NCBI GenBank assembly: GCA_964415545.1
Contig: CAYQAU010000003.1
Location: 82,427 to 146,426 of the forward strand
Length of the DNA stretch: 64,000 nt
From: an uncultured Elusimicrobium sp.
GTDB lineage: Bacteria > Elusimicrobiota > Elusimicrobia > Elusimicrobiales > Elusimicrobiaceae
Direction of reading: 5' to 3'
Program-made: the position numbers and the translations under genes
The notes under the pieces: model-generated
Databases searched by the model: none
What the model was told of the DNA's origin: nothing
What the model saw: only the letters and a program-made list of their open reading frames with translations
Part shown: one piece after another, positions 1-10,119 of the stretch
How positions within the stretch are numbered: position 1 is the first letter of the stretch
Layout: each line of letters opens with the position of its first letter

Positions 1-71
1 GGTTTGATGTTTGAGGCGGGCGTTAAAACCAGGATTAATATACTTTTAAATACGGTGTTTAAGGGGTAAAG

Positions 72-1412
72 ATGAAGAAATATCTTATATTAACTTTATG
101 TTTTTGCTTTAGCGGTGCGCTTTTTGGCGCAGAAGTAAAAACAATTACGCTTAAGCAATGCGAAGAATCGGCCCTTGCCTTCTCGCCCGAGCTTAAGCAA
201 AAGGCCGCGCTTAGGGACGCGGCTTACCACGCTTATGAGAGCAGCGGCTCGTCTTTATATCCGTCTTTAAGTTTGGACGCTAAAGGCGGCTGGGTTTCCC
301 AAGTGCCAAGCCTGCAAATAGGCCCGTTAAGCGCGGAGTTTGGGGATAACTGGAGTTACTTGGCAGGCCCCACAATAAACTATATTTTGTTTGATAACGG
401 CGGCCGCTCGGATATAAAACGCAGTATGCAAGCCGTATATTTTGCGAAAGAGAAAGATTATGATTTTGCAAGAAGGGCTGCCCTTTTAGACGTCCGCCGC
501 GCCTATTTTACCATCCAGCAGGACCTTGAGCGTATGTATTTTACCGACGGCCAGCTAAAAGTGGCGCAAAAGCAATTGGCCGATATTGAGGCCGCTTTTA
601 AAGCGGGCGCAAAAAGTAATATAGACGTTTATATGGCAAAAAAGCAAAAGCTGCGCGCGCAGGTAAATATCAGCGCGGCGCGCGGCGCGCTTGGCGCGCA
701 TTTGCGCGAGCTGTTCAGCCTTACCGGGGATGATTACGGCGTGGACGCAAGCTATCCTTTAGACTGGCGCGTAAAGCCTTATAAAGGCGAGCCCGAGCCA
801 AGCTCATTAATTAAAGCTGACGGCCTTGAGGCTGCGCTTGCAAATTTTAAAGACGCCCAAAATTACGGTTTTGATAAAGACCTGCCCGCCCTTGCTGCAT
901 TGGCGGATATGGCGGGTTATTATGAAAGTATAGCAAGCGGTATGATGGCCTCCTTATACCCTACGGTATCTTTAAACGCGGGCGCGTATTGGGAATACCC
1001 TAACGGCCCGATAAAGGAAGATGTTTTTAACGCAAAAGCGGGCGCAGCTTTAAAAATACCTTTGTTTGAAGGCGGCAAAAACCGCAAATCCGCGCAATCT
1101 AACAGGGCGCAGGCAAAAGCGGCCTTGTTTGAAAAGCAGGGTTTGGAGCAAAACTTATCAAAGCTTTTCTATTCATCAAAAAGTATGCTTTACGCGCTTT
1201 GGGTACAGGAAAAATTAACGCGAGATATGATAGCTGCAAGCAATAAAACCGCGCAGCTTACATACCAGGCTTATAAAGCGGGCTCGGTAACATTTTTAGA
1301 GGTGGATAACGCCAACCTGGCTTTACTTGAAAGCCAAATAGCTTTGGCCGATATTTTTGTACAGCGTCTAAACAGCTTAGCTGTAATGGAAAACTTGGGC
1401 AGGAGGATATAA
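72..1412 (+). CDS. TolC-family outer-membrane efflux channel (OEP family)
   Basis: 446-aa ORF with signal peptide (MKKYLILTLCFCFSGALFG) and an AAGGGG SD-like motif upstream. Two-repeat helical/beta composition is typical of OEP proteins. It is the first gene of an operon with a HlyD adaptor and ABC-2 transporter, and its stop overlaps the next start (TAATG). Confidence 0.75.
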   Translation: MKKYLILTLCFCFSGALFGAEVKTITLKQCEESALAFSPELKQKAALRDAAYHAYESSGSSLYPSLSLDAKGGWVSQVPSLQIGPLSAEFGDNWSYLAGPTINYILFDNGGRSDIKRSMQAVYFAKEKDYDFARRAALLDVRRAYFTIQQDLERMYFTDGQLKVAQKQLADIEAAFKAGAKSNIDVYMAKKQKLRAQVNISAARGALGAHLRELFSLTGDDYGVDASYPLDWRVKPYKGEPEPSSLIKADGLEAALANFKDAQNYGFDKDLPALAALADMAGYYESIASGMMASLYPTVSLNAGAYWEYPNGPIKEDVFNAKAGAALKIPLFEGGKNRKSAQSNRAQAKAALFEKQGLEQNLSKLFYSSKSMLYALWVQEKLTRDMIAASNKTAQLTYQAYKAGSVTFLEVDNANLALLESQIALADIFVQRLNSLAVMENLGRRI

Positions 1413-2131
1413 TGAAAAAGTTTATTTTTATTGCTGTTATAATTTTACTTGCGCTGGTGGCTGTAAGCCTGCTCTTCTTTAAACATACGCCGTTTAATTA
1501 CAGCGGCGTTATGGAAGCGGTGGAGATTGATTTGCCCGCCAGAATTAATGATACCTTATCTGTAATAAATGTTGAGGAAGGCGCCGCCGTGCAAAAAGGC
1601 CAAATCCTGGCGGAGTTTGAGTGCAAAGAAGCCGCACTTAAAGCCGATATCGCCTACAAAGAATTTAAGCGCGCCGAAGAGCTGCTTAAGACTACGGCGG
1701 GCTCTAAAGAAAATTATGATTTTAAAAAGAATAATTATGATACCGCCGCTTTATATCAAAGCTGGTGCAAAATAATATCGCCAATAGACGGCAAAACGCT
1801 TTATAAATACTATGAACCGGGGGAGTTTGCCTCCGCAGGGCGTAAAGTTTTAACGGTGGCTGATTTAAGTAAAATTGACGCTTGGGTTTATGTGGAGCAT
1901 GATAAACTTGCCTCAATATCAACCGGTATGAAAGTTAAGGGCTACCTGCCTGAAGCGGATAAAACTTTTGAAGGCATAGTGTTAACCGTTAATGACGAGG
2001 CGGAGTTTACGCCCAAAAATGTGCAAACGCGCAGCGAAAGGCAGCGGCTTGTATACGGCGTAAAAACGCGTTTTGCCAATGACGCTGCTTTAACCTTAAA
2101 GCCAGGAATGACGCTTGAGGTAACTTTTTAA
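1412..2131 (+). CDS. HlyD-family periplasmic adaptor (short, YbhG-like)
   Basis: 239 aa with an N-terminal TM anchor. Barrel-sandwich motifs are present (VEEGAAVQKGQILAEF and ISPIDGK), plus a C-terminal AEFTPKNVQTRSERQRLVYGVK segment typical of YbhG-like adaptors. It sits between a TolC-like gene and ABC ATPase genes. Confidence 0.7.
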   Translation: MKKFIFIAVIILLALVAVSLLFFKHTPFNYSGVMEAVEIDLPARINDTLSVINVEEGAAVQKGQILAEFECKEAALKADIAYKEFKRAEELLKTTAGSKENYDFKKNNYDTAALYQSWCKIISPIDGKTLYKYYEPGEFASAGRKVLTVADLSKIDAWVYVEHDKLASISTGMKVKGYLPEADKTFEGIVLTVNDEAEFTPKNVQTRSERQRLVYGVKTRFANDAALTLKPGMTLEVTF

Positions 2132-2148
2132 GAGCTTCGGGGGGAGTT

Positions 2149-2871
2149 ATGCCTGCACTGGGCGCACAAGTAAAAAACCTTAGCAAATATATGGGCGCGG
2201 CATTGGCCTTAGATAATATCAACACTGTGTTTGAAGCAGGGCGAGTACACGGTATTATCGGGCCAAACGGCGCGGGTAAAACCACGCTTATGCGCCTTAT
2301 TGCGGGGCTTTTGCGCCCAAGTAAAGGGATAATTGAATATAAAGAAAACAGCGCAATTTTGCCGCCTTTAGAAGCAAAAACTTTTCTGGGCTATTTCCCG
2401 CAGGAGCCCAGCCTCTACCCCGATTTAAGCTGCCTTGAGCATATGCAGTTCTTCCGCGATTTATACGCTATAAAAGAAGCTGATTTTAAACAGCGCGCGG
2501 GCGAACTTTTTAGCGCCACGGGTATGGCAGCATTTAAGGATAGGGCGGCGGGCAAACTATCAGGCGGGATGTATAAAAAACTTGGTTTGATGTGCGTGCT
2601 TTTAAACCGCCCGCGCCTTTTGCTTTTAGATGAGCCTACCGTCGGGGTTGACCCTGTAAGCCGCCAGCAGCTTTGGGATTTGGTTTATAAATTTTCAGGC
2701 CCTGATATGACGGTAATCATCAATACCTCATATATGGACGAGGCGCAGCGCTGCTTTAAAGTACATGTGCTTGAAAGCGGGCGGCTTTTGGCCTCGGGCG
2801 CGCCGCTAAAACTTATGCGGGATTTTAAAGTAAATAATTTTGCGGATATATTTTTGAAAAATGACAAATGA
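2149..2871 (+). CDS. ABC transporter ATP-binding protein
   Basis: Walker A GPNGAGKTT, ABC signature LSGGMYKKL, Walker B LLLLDEPT. Confidence 0.9.
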   Translation: MPALGAQVKNLSKYMGAALALDNINTVFEAGRVHGIIGPNGAGKTTLMRLIAGLLRPSKGIIEYKENSAILPPLEAKTFLGYFPQEPSLYPDLSCLEHMQFFRDLYAIKEADFKQRAGELFSATGMAAFKDRAAGKLSGGMYKKLGLMCVLLNRPRLLLLDEPTVGVDPVSRQQLWDLVYKFSGPDMTVIINTSYMDEAQRCFKVHVLESGRLLASGAPLKLMRDFKVNNFADIFLKNDK

Positions 2872-3790
2872 AAATATAATAGAAGTCAAAGATTTAACGG
2901 TGGCCTTCGGCAATTTTAAAGCCGTGGACGGCATTTCCTTTGCCGTAAAGAAGGGGGAAATTTTTGGCTTCTTAGGCGCAAACGGAGCGGGCAAAACCAC
3001 CACTATCCGCACGATATGCGGGATACTTAACCCGACTTCAGGCCAAGTATTTGTTAACGGGGAGGATGTTTCACACTCCACGCAGCTGTTGAAACCGCAT
3101 ATCGGCTATATGTCCCAAAAATTTACCCTGTATCCCGATCTGACGGTTAAGGAAAATATGGATTTTGCGGGCAGCCTCTACAATCTCGCGCCTGATGAAA
3201 CTAAGGCGCGCAGCGAAAAGCTGTTTAAATTTATCGGCCTTAATAATGATTTTAAAGGGCAGGTAAAAAGTTTATCGGGCGGCGTAAAACAAATGGTTGC
3301 GCTTTGCGCTACTTTGCTTAATGAGCCCGACCTTATATTTTTAGACGAGCCCACCGCAGGCACCTCCCCCCAGACAAGGCGCGACTTTTGGCGGCTTATA
3401 GAGCTGCTTTCAAAACAGGGAAAGACCGTCTTTGTAACCACACATTATATGGACGAGGCTGAGTACTGTAACCGCATAGTTTTAATGGATAAAGGCCGCA
3501 TAGTTGCGATGGACAGCCCCGCAGGCCTTAAAAAAACTTTTTTTACCCAAAACCCGCTGGAACTTACTTTTATTAAGCAGGATATGCTTATGCAGGTTAA
3601 AGATGCTTTTGACGCTCTAAATATAGGCAATAGCGCGGTTTTTGGCGCCAACCTCAGGATTACGGCTGAAGACAAAAAAGACTTTGAGGATTTCGCACAA
3701 AATTATAAAGATATTTTTACTTACGGCGAAGTTGAGCCTACTTTGGACGACGTCTTCTTAAAAGCCATAGCGCGCGGGGGCAAAATATGA
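2861..3790 (+). CDS. ABC transporter ATP-binding protein (second ATPase of the operon)
   Basis: Walker A GANGAGKTT, signature LSGGVKQMV, Walker B LIFLDEPT. The start overlaps the upstream gene by 11 nt. Confidence 0.9.
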   Translation: MTNENIIEVKDLTVAFGNFKAVDGISFAVKKGEIFGFLGANGAGKTTTIRTICGILNPTSGQVFVNGEDVSHSTQLLKPHIGYMSQKFTLYPDLTVKENMDFAGSLYNLAPDETKARSEKLFKFIGLNNDFKGQVKSLSGGVKQMVALCATLLNEPDLIFLDEPTAGTSPQTRRDFWRLIELLSKQGKTVFVTTHYMDEAEYCNRIVLMDKGRIVAMDSPAGLKKTFFTQNPLELTFIKQDMLMQVKDAFDALNIGNSAVFGANLRITAEDKKDFEDFAQNYKDIFTYGEVEPTLDDVFLKAIARGGKI

Positions 3791-4935
3791 ATTTAAGGCG
3801 CATATATTCAATAGCCGTCAAAGAATACAAGCACATTTTGCGCGATCCTTTTACTCTGGCCGTTGCGCTTGTTCTGCCTTTGATATTTGTGTGGTTCTTC
3901 GGGTTTGTTATAGATTTGGATTATAAGCATATGCCGCTAAAGGTAAGGGATAATGACCAAAGCTCGCTGTCAAGAAGGTTCTTGTACGAAATTTCATCAT
4001 CAGGTTACTTTGACCTTTTGCCGCTTCATACACAGCTTGAGGCGCAGGCGGCTGTTGAAGATAATAACAGCGCAGGCGTTCTTATAATACAAAAAGGTTT
4101 TGGGCGTAATATTCTTAAGGGCGATATTACAAAACCCGCCAAAGCCCAGCTTTTGCTTGACGGCAGCGATAATGCGCGCGCCGCCATTATGCTTAATTAT
4201 ATGACGGGCATCGTCCAAAAATCCAATGCTGTTTTTGCAGGTTTGAACCAAGACGCGCCGCGCGAAGTTTTTGAGGCCGCCTCCCTTTTAAACGCCATAA
4301 GGACGCGCTTTTTATTTAATCCCGAGCTTAACAGCCGCTGGTTTATCGTGCCTGCTTTAAATACAATCATAATAGGGTTTTTAGCTATTATTTTAACTGC
4401 GCTTACCGTGGCAAAAGAGTGGGAAAACGGGTCAATGGAGCTTTTGCTCTCAACGCCTGTGCGGCCTTCGGAAATCGTAATAGGCAAACTGTTGCCTTAT
4501 CTGCTTTTGGCTTTTTTTGACATTTTGCTTGTCTTTGTTCTGGCTTTGCTTATTTTTAAGATACCGTTTGAAGGCAGCTTCATTTTGTATATGGCCGCCT
4601 GCGCCATTTATATAACGGGCGCGCTGGCTTTGGGGCTTGTAATATCCGTAGTAACGCGCGCGCAGCAAAGCGCGATACAGTTTGCTTTTGCCGTGGGGCT
4701 TTTGCCTTCTTTTATTTTTTCGGGCTTTATATTTCCTATAGAAAATATGCCGGCTTTCTTCAGGTATTTTACGATGCTGTTCCCGCAGCGGTGGTTTTTA
4801 AATATAAGCAGGAGCCTGTTTTTAAGCGACGCGGATTTAGCCGCGCTTAATATGGCCTTTGCGGGCATAACGGTGTTTGGCGCGGTGATGATAATAATAG
4901 CCGTCAAAAAATTTAAAACGGATGTGGAGCCTTAG
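3787..4935 (+). CDS. ABC-2 type transporter permease (YbhS/YbhR-like)
   Basis: 382 aa with one N-terminal TM helix, a large extracytoplasmic loop and a C-terminal cluster of TM helices. ATGA start/stop overlap with the upstream ATPase. Confidence 0.8.
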   Translation: MNLRRIYSIAVKEYKHILRDPFTLAVALVLPLIFVWFFGFVIDLDYKHMPLKVRDNDQSSLSRRFLYEISSSGYFDLLPLHTQLEAQAAVEDNNSAGVLIIQKGFGRNILKGDITKPAKAQLLLDGSDNARAAIMLNYMTGIVQKSNAVFAGLNQDAPREVFEAASLLNAIRTRFLFNPELNSRWFIVPALNTIIIGFLAIILTALTVAKEWENGSMELLLSTPVRPSEIVIGKLLPYLLLAFFDILLVFVLALLIFKIPFEGSFILYMAACAIYITGALALGLVISVVTRAQQSAIQFAFAVGLLPSFIFSGFIFPIENMPAFFRYFTMLFPQRWFLNISRSLFLSDADLAALNMAFAGITVFGAVMIIIAVKKFKTDVEP

Positions 4936-4937
4936 TT

Positions 4938-6047
4938 ATGAGACTTAGAACATTAGCGGGTTTTATTAAAAAAGAGTTCATCCAGATAATGCGCGACCCT
5001 AAGATGATAGTGGCCATATTCTTTATTCCCGTTATGCAGACGGTGATGTTTGGCCTTGCCCTTACAAGCGAGGTTAAGAATATAGAATTTATCGTGCTAT
5101 CTAAGCCTGATTCTGTTTCCAGGCAAATAACGCAAACCGCCTTAGCCTCGGGGTGGTTCAAAGAAGTCAAAGGCATTAACGGCGCGCAGGTTGAGGATCC
5201 TTCGCTTTTACTGCTGTCCCAAAAGGCGGAGGCTGTACTTATTGCGCCCAAAGAAGGCTTTGCCTATGCGCTTGAGCACGGGGATAAACCGATACAGCTT
5301 TTAGTTAATGCCATAAACGCGCAGCGCGCCCAACAGGTGGACGGCTATGTAAAACAAATTGTCGCGCGCGTGGCCGCAAAAAACGGCTACAATGCCGCCG
5401 CCTCTTTAATAGAATTGGATACCAGGGTTATGTTTAACCACTATATGGATACTACCGATTTTATGATACCCGCATTAATGGTAATGGCCACCTTCCTGGT
5501 TATGCTGGTGGTAAGCAGTATGGCTATTACTAAAGAGAAGGAAACAGGCACTATGGAAAAGCTTATCGCCTCGCCCGCAAGCGCGCAGGAGATTCTGCTG
5601 GGCAAAACCGTGCCCTATTTTATCATCGGTCTTATTATCATTTTTGCGATATTTGCAATAGGCGTATTCTGCTTTGGCGTACCGTTTAGGGGCAGCCTGT
5701 GGCAGATTTTAATTACGGGCGTGCTTTTGGTTATATCGGCATTATCTTTATCCACCTTGCTTTCAACTGTCGCTAAAACGCAGCAGCAGGCTATGATGGG
5801 CAGCGTGCTGATACTTATGCCGGCAATTTTGCTTTCAGGCGTATTTTTCCCCGTGGCAAATATCCCGCAGGCCTTCAGGTGGATGTGTTATTTCAACCCT
5901 TTGATGTACTGTGTCGTAAACTTCCGCAGCGCTATGCTTAAAGGCGGGGATTTGGCGCTGTTTTGGCAATACAGCTCTGTGCTCCTGCTGATGTGTATTA
6001 TTACCGCGGTTGTGGCTTACAAAAACTTTAAATCCAAATTAAATTGA
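4938..6047 (+). CDS. ABC-2 type transporter permease (paralogue)
   Basis: 369 aa with the same topology as the preceding permease. It starts 2 nt after the upstream stop. Confidence 0.8.
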   Translation: MRLRTLAGFIKKEFIQIMRDPKMIVAIFFIPVMQTVMFGLALTSEVKNIEFIVLSKPDSVSRQITQTALASGWFKEVKGINGAQVEDPSLLLLSQKAEAVLIAPKEGFAYALEHGDKPIQLLVNAINAQRAQQVDGYVKQIVARVAAKNGYNAAASLIELDTRVMFNHYMDTTDFMIPALMVMATFLVMLVVSSMAITKEKETGTMEKLIASPASAQEILLGKTVPYFIIGLIIIFAIFAIGVFCFGVPFRGSLWQILITGVLLVISALSLSTLLSTVAKTQQQAMMGSVLILMPAILLSGVFFPVANIPQAFRWMCYFNPLMYCVVNFRSAMLKGGDLALFWQYSSVLLLMCIITAVVAYKNFKSKLN

Positions 6048-6147
6048 GCTTTGCCGATAACCCTTTTTGCCCCCTTGCAATAATATATATTATTTATTAC
6101 GCTTAATGTATATTAGTTATATATATGCAACACGGGGGTAGTGGGAA

Positions 6148-6960
6148 ATGAAGATAAGACTATGCTGTGCAGTAATGTGTTTATTTATTTCCGCGGCGGC
6201 AAATGCGGGGATAATGGTTTTTCCCAAATATATATTTTTAGATGAGAAACATAAATCGGACAATGTATTTTTGGTAAATTCCGACGATAAAGAGGCGGCA
6301 AAATTCCGCTTCAGCCTTAAGGATTATAAGCAAAATCCTGACGGCAGCGTTACGGCGGGCGATGTAAAGAAGAACCCGCTTAACGCTGCTTTGCGTTTCA
6401 GCCCCAGGCGCAGCGATCTTGCGCCGCAAAAACAGCAGACCATAAAACTTTTGGTAAAAGACTTCAGCAAATTGCCCGTGGGCGACAGCGTAATCTACTT
6501 TGCTATAGCCAAAGTGCCTGCGCCGCAGGAAGTTGACAGCCAGACGCTTGATATCAAGGGCGTTAATATCAAACTTACTCCTATACACGAGGTGGCTTTA
6601 CCTGTAGTTGTGCGCAAGGGCGAGGTTAATGACAAGGGCTATCTGTCCGACATAAAACTTAAAGGCAATGATATTACTTTACGCCTCTACAGGGTTGCGG
6701 GCTCGTCTTTACCAAACGGCGTTGTGCGCGGCGATATATCTGTGTGGTATAAAGAGGAGCTTTTAGGTTTTGTTAAAGGCAAATATCTTTTGCCGCAAAC
6801 GCAGTATGCGGATGTAAGCATCAGCCTTAAAGACTTACAGAAGCTTAACAGCGGCAAAAAAGATATTAAGCCTGAACTTAAAATACTTTTTACTGAGTAT
6901 GAAGACGGCAACTCAATAAATACAAAGCGTATTTTTGATGAGAAACGGACCAAGCTGTAA
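6148..6960 (+). CDS. periplasmic pilus chaperone-like protein (PapD/CsuC-like)
   Basis: 270 aa with a signal peptide ending AANA and beta-rich composition. Its position directly upstream of an usher-sized OMP and SCPU pilins supports the call. The assignment rests mainly on context. Confidence 0.5.
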   Translation: MKIRLCCAVMCLFISAAANAGIMVFPKYIFLDEKHKSDNVFLVNSDDKEAAKFRFSLKDYKQNPDGSVTAGDVKKNPLNAALRFSPRRSDLAPQKQQTIKLLVKDFSKLPVGDSVIYFAIAKVPAPQEVDSQTLDIKGVNIKLTPIHEVALPVVVRKGEVNDKGYLSDIKLKGNDITLRLYRVAGSSLPNGVVRGDISVWYKEELLGFVKGKYLLPQTQYADVSISLKDLQKLNSGKKDIKPELKILFTEYEDGNSINTKRIFDEKRTKL

Positions 6961-9607
6961 AGCTTATTTTAAAACCGTATTCCTTACGCTTATTTTTACA
7001 TTTTTAGCTTTTAGCGCATTTGCAAAAGAATTACAGGAGGATAACCTCCTGGTCGCGGAAGTTTATATAGACAAAACAAATATCCACAGTATTTTGGAGG
7101 TTTTTGAACAGGATAATGTTTTGTACCTTCCGCTTCTTGAAACGCTTTCTTTATTGGGTATGGAGCTTAAGTACGCGCTGGATCCGCACTTGCTGCAAAA
7201 CCAGCTAAAGGAGCAAGATGTTATTTATGCCGAGGGGGATATAGCAAGCTACCAGGGTAATACCTATGTAGCGGCCCCTGTTTTGCAAAATCTTATAGGC
7301 GGTTTAATCTCCTTTGATAACTTTACGCAGCAGCTTAAGCTTAAATCTGCGGGCAAAAAATTCCCTCTGGAAGAGAAATGGGAAAGGGAAGACCGCGAAG
7401 AAGCCTTTGACGCGCGGCAGGCCTACGCCGATACTTTAGGCGGGGAAGTCATACGCGGGACAGATAAATTCCAACTACCTTTTGTTGACTTTAGCGGCGG
7501 CTACTTTTACAGGAAGGACAAAGGCGGCCCGACAGCCAGTTTTTGGGGCTCAAGCTTGCACGCTTTTGGTATTACAGGCTCGTGGGACAGCGAGCTTTAT
7601 TACTATGATATGAGTAATTATATACCCTCCTCCTTAACGCTTAAAACCTCAAAGTACAGCGAAGAGGGCAATATCTTGGGCATATTTAAGCAGGCCCAAA
7701 TCGGCGATATTTATACTACAACATCACCCGCTTCCGACGGTATTTTAAACGGCTACGGGTTTAGCTTCTCCACCTATGCAGACGATGCAATTTACGAAAA
7801 GCAGCTCAATATCCGTGATGTGCTGCCAAGCGGCTGGGAAGTGGAGCTTTATAGAAACGGCGAGCTTTTGGGATACCAGCGTAACACCCTTTCAGGTTAT
7901 TATGAGTTCCAAAACATAACATTGTATCCCGGGGAAAATAAATTTGTCCTTATCTTTTACGGGCCGCAGGGCCAGGTAAGGAAGCAGGAGCGCGTCTTAT
8001 ATTACGGCGGCAATTTATTAAATAAAGGGGAGCTTGGAATAAGAACTTACGCCGTCAATAAGAACAAAACAATTACGGGCCGCGGCGTAGATTACGGCAG
8101 CGCCTTTACGGGGTTAAGCGCGCTCTTCAGCGCAGCTTACGGCATAACGCAGAATATAACGGCCGATGCGGCCATAGTCCAAGAGCCTGTAACTTTTTAC
8201 GGCGCGCAGGACGTGAGGAAGGAAAACAAAACTTTTGCTTCGGGCGGGCTTTCTTTTATGGTCCACCCGCTTTATTTTAATATGGAGACTTTGTACGACT
8301 TTAAAGAGGGCGCGGCATCGCTTGACGCAAATATAGTAAGCAGTTTAGGCGGATTTTCTTTCAACCTGGATAATCAATATTTCGGGGAGACATTGACCTC
8401 CAAAAACGTGCGCAATGACAGGATTTTGAAGAATATGGCCTCAGCCGAAGTCCGCAAAACTTTGGATATTTTCGGGGCTTTTGAGATGCCTTTTACCTTC
8501 AGTTACCAAAACCTTATTGATAAAGATAATATTACGCAGGACGATTTTTACTTTACGGTCTATAAAGTTCTATGGGCTAATATATATACCGGTGTGGGTT
8601 ATAAAAATTCTGACAGTTTTAATAATTACAGGCAAGAGTTTCTGACTTTTTATTTATCAAAAATTTTTGGCCGCCATTCATTCCGTATGGACGGAGAATA
8701 CAATTTAAATTATGACAAAATATCTTATGTATCAGGTACTTTGCAGCTTTATGTGGCTAAGAATATGGATACAAATATACGCTATAACAGGCGCGCGGAT
8801 GATATAAGCAAATCAAAGTATACCGATATTTACAGCGGCGGTTTAAATTTTAAAACTAAAATAGGTTATTTTAATATTGACGCAGGTTATTACAGCAGTA
8901 AATCTACTTATGTTTCCGCAGGTTACTCTTTGTCATTCGGGTATGATATAAAAAATAAAGAATTCCTGCATACGCCCGATAAACTTTATAATACGGGTAT
9001 GGTTGCCGCTTCATCCTATAAAGATAAAAATAATAATAATATTTTTGATAAAGAGGATGAGCAACTTGACTCTAAACCTTTTACGATAAAGCCAGATGTA
9101 TATGGAGATAGGGTATTTTATTCCGCAAATAATTATAAGTATTTCCCTAATTTAAGGCGTTACTACCCCTACCAGGTAAGCTTAAATGTAAACGATGTAG
9201 AGGACGGCTTTTCACTATTAGACCAAAATAAACGCAAGCTTGTAATGGTGCGCCCGGGAGAGATTGTGCACATAGAATATCCGCTTAAAGACAGCGCGTT
9301 TATTGACGGCACGGCCTATTTCAGCGACGCTAAAAGCGGCAAACACGCGCCGTTTAGCGGCATAAGGCTTAATTTAGTTGACGTAAAAAATAAAACAGTT
9401 GTAGCCAGTACCGTCTCGGAATATGACGGCTACTATTCATTTGATAAAGTTCCTCTGGGTATTTACAGGGTATTGCCCGATTATAAGGCCTTGCACCTGC
9501 TTAAATACGATTTTGAAGAGTGTCAGTCCGTTAATCTGACAATGCCTGAGAAAGTTTATCAGTGCCCTTATACATTGTATAAGGACAAATACGCAGTACA
9601 AAATTAG
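6935..9607 (+). CDS. outer-membrane usher-like protein with C-terminal CarboxypepD_reg-like domain
   Basis: 890 aa with a signal peptide (FLAFSAFA) and an N-terminal segment LLVAEVYIDKTN...LYLPLLETLSLLGMEL resembling usher N-domains. It has a Y/F/G-rich beta-barrel composition. The C-terminal segment GIRLNLVDVKNKTVVASTVSEYDGYYSFDKVPLGIYRV is typical of carboxypeptidase-regulatory-like folds. Confidence 0.5.
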   Translation: MMRNGPSCKAYFKTVFLTLIFTFLAFSAFAKELQEDNLLVAEVYIDKTNIHSILEVFEQDNVLYLPLLETLSLLGMELKYALDPHLLQNQLKEQDVIYAEGDIASYQGNTYVAAPVLQNLIGGLISFDNFTQQLKLKSAGKKFPLEEKWEREDREEAFDARQAYADTLGGEVIRGTDKFQLPFVDFSGGYFYRKDKGGPTASFWGSSLHAFGITGSWDSELYYYDMSNYIPSSLTLKTSKYSEEGNILGIFKQAQIGDIYTTTSPASDGILNGYGFSFSTYADDAIYEKQLNIRDVLPSGWEVELYRNGELLGYQRNTLSGYYEFQNITLYPGENKFVLIFYGPQGQVRKQERVLYYGGNLLNKGELGIRTYAVNKNKTITGRGVDYGSAFTGLSALFSAAYGITQNITADAAIVQEPVTFYGAQDVRKENKTFASGGLSFMVHPLYFNMETLYDFKEGAASLDANIVSSLGGFSFNLDNQYFGETLTSKNVRNDRILKNMASAEVRKTLDIFGAFEMPFTFSYQNLIDKDNITQDDFYFTVYKVLWANIYTGVGYKNSDSFNNYRQEFLTFYLSKIFGRHSFRMDGEYNLNYDKISYVSGTLQLYVAKNMDTNIRYNRRADDISKSKYTDIYSGGLNFKTKIGYFNIDAGYYSSKSTYVSAGYSLSFGYDIKNKEFLHTPDKLYNTGMVAASSYKDKNNNNIFDKEDEQLDSKPFTIKPDVYGDRVFYSANNYKYFPNLRRYYPYQVSLNVNDVEDGFSLLDQNKRKLVMVRPGEIVHIEYPLKDSAFIDGTAYFSDAKSGKHAPFSGIRLNLVDVKNKTVVASTVSEYDGYYSFDKVPLGIYRVLPDYKALHLLKYDFEECQSVNLTMPEKVYQCPYTLYKDKYAVQN

Positions 9608-9615
9608 GAGGATGT

Positions 9616-10119
9616 ATGAAAAGAGTAATACTTACTATATTTGCGATGACATTGCTCAGCGCAAGTATATATGCCGTAAATACGGCAAGCAGTACAAGTA
9701 CTGTTGTGGTTATAACACCTATTGATGTTACCCATAATACAGGCAGCTTGAACTTTGGTACTATCGCGCCAAGTACTTCCAGTACGGGTACGGTTGTGGT
9801 TACGCCTGCGGGGGCTATAACATCAACAGGGGGTGTCTATCTTAAGGCATCAAGCGGGGAGACTGCAGATAGTTTTACAGTAACATCATCAACTGCGGGA
9901 ATAACTTTTACAGTGTCTTTCCCCGCTTCAATAACGCTTTCTAACGGAAGCGGCGGCACGATGACTGTGGGCACCTTTACTTATACTTGTACCCCATCAT
10001 GTACTACGGTTGCATCCCCGTCTACAATACCATTTACTGTAGGCGGTACATTATCCGTAGCGCAAAACCAGGCCACAGGCACATATACGGGCGCTTATAC
10101 TGTAACGCTGGTGTATTAA
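9616..10119 (+). CDS. SCPU (spore coat protein U)-domain pilin, Csu-type
   Basis: 167 aa with a signal peptide, T/S/G-rich composition, and a C-terminal GTYTGAYTVTLVY matching the SCPU C-terminal signature. Confidence 0.65.
   Translation: MKRVILTIFAMTLLSASIYAVNTASSTSTVVVITPIDVTHNTGSLNFGTIAPSTSSTGTVVVTPAGAITSTGGVYLKASSGETADSFTVTSSTAGITFTVSFPASITLSNGSGGTMTVGTFTYTCTPSCTTVASPSTIPFTVGGTLSVAQNQATGTYTGAYTVTLVY

Noticed and set aside
280-6953. Short antisense or off-frame ORFs inside the efflux and chaperone genes, for example 280-471, 2007-2285, 2806-3081, 4197-4487, 4913-5251 and 6238-6588.
   Set aside because: All are embedded in longer ORFs with clear family motifs, and none has its own motifs or ribosome-binding site.
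9987-10118. Track start at 9987 for the second SCPU gene, overlapping the first pilin by 133 nt.
   Set aside because: The extension lacks a signal peptide and overlaps a well-supported gene. The ATG at 10119 (TAATG coupling) gives a normal signal peptide.
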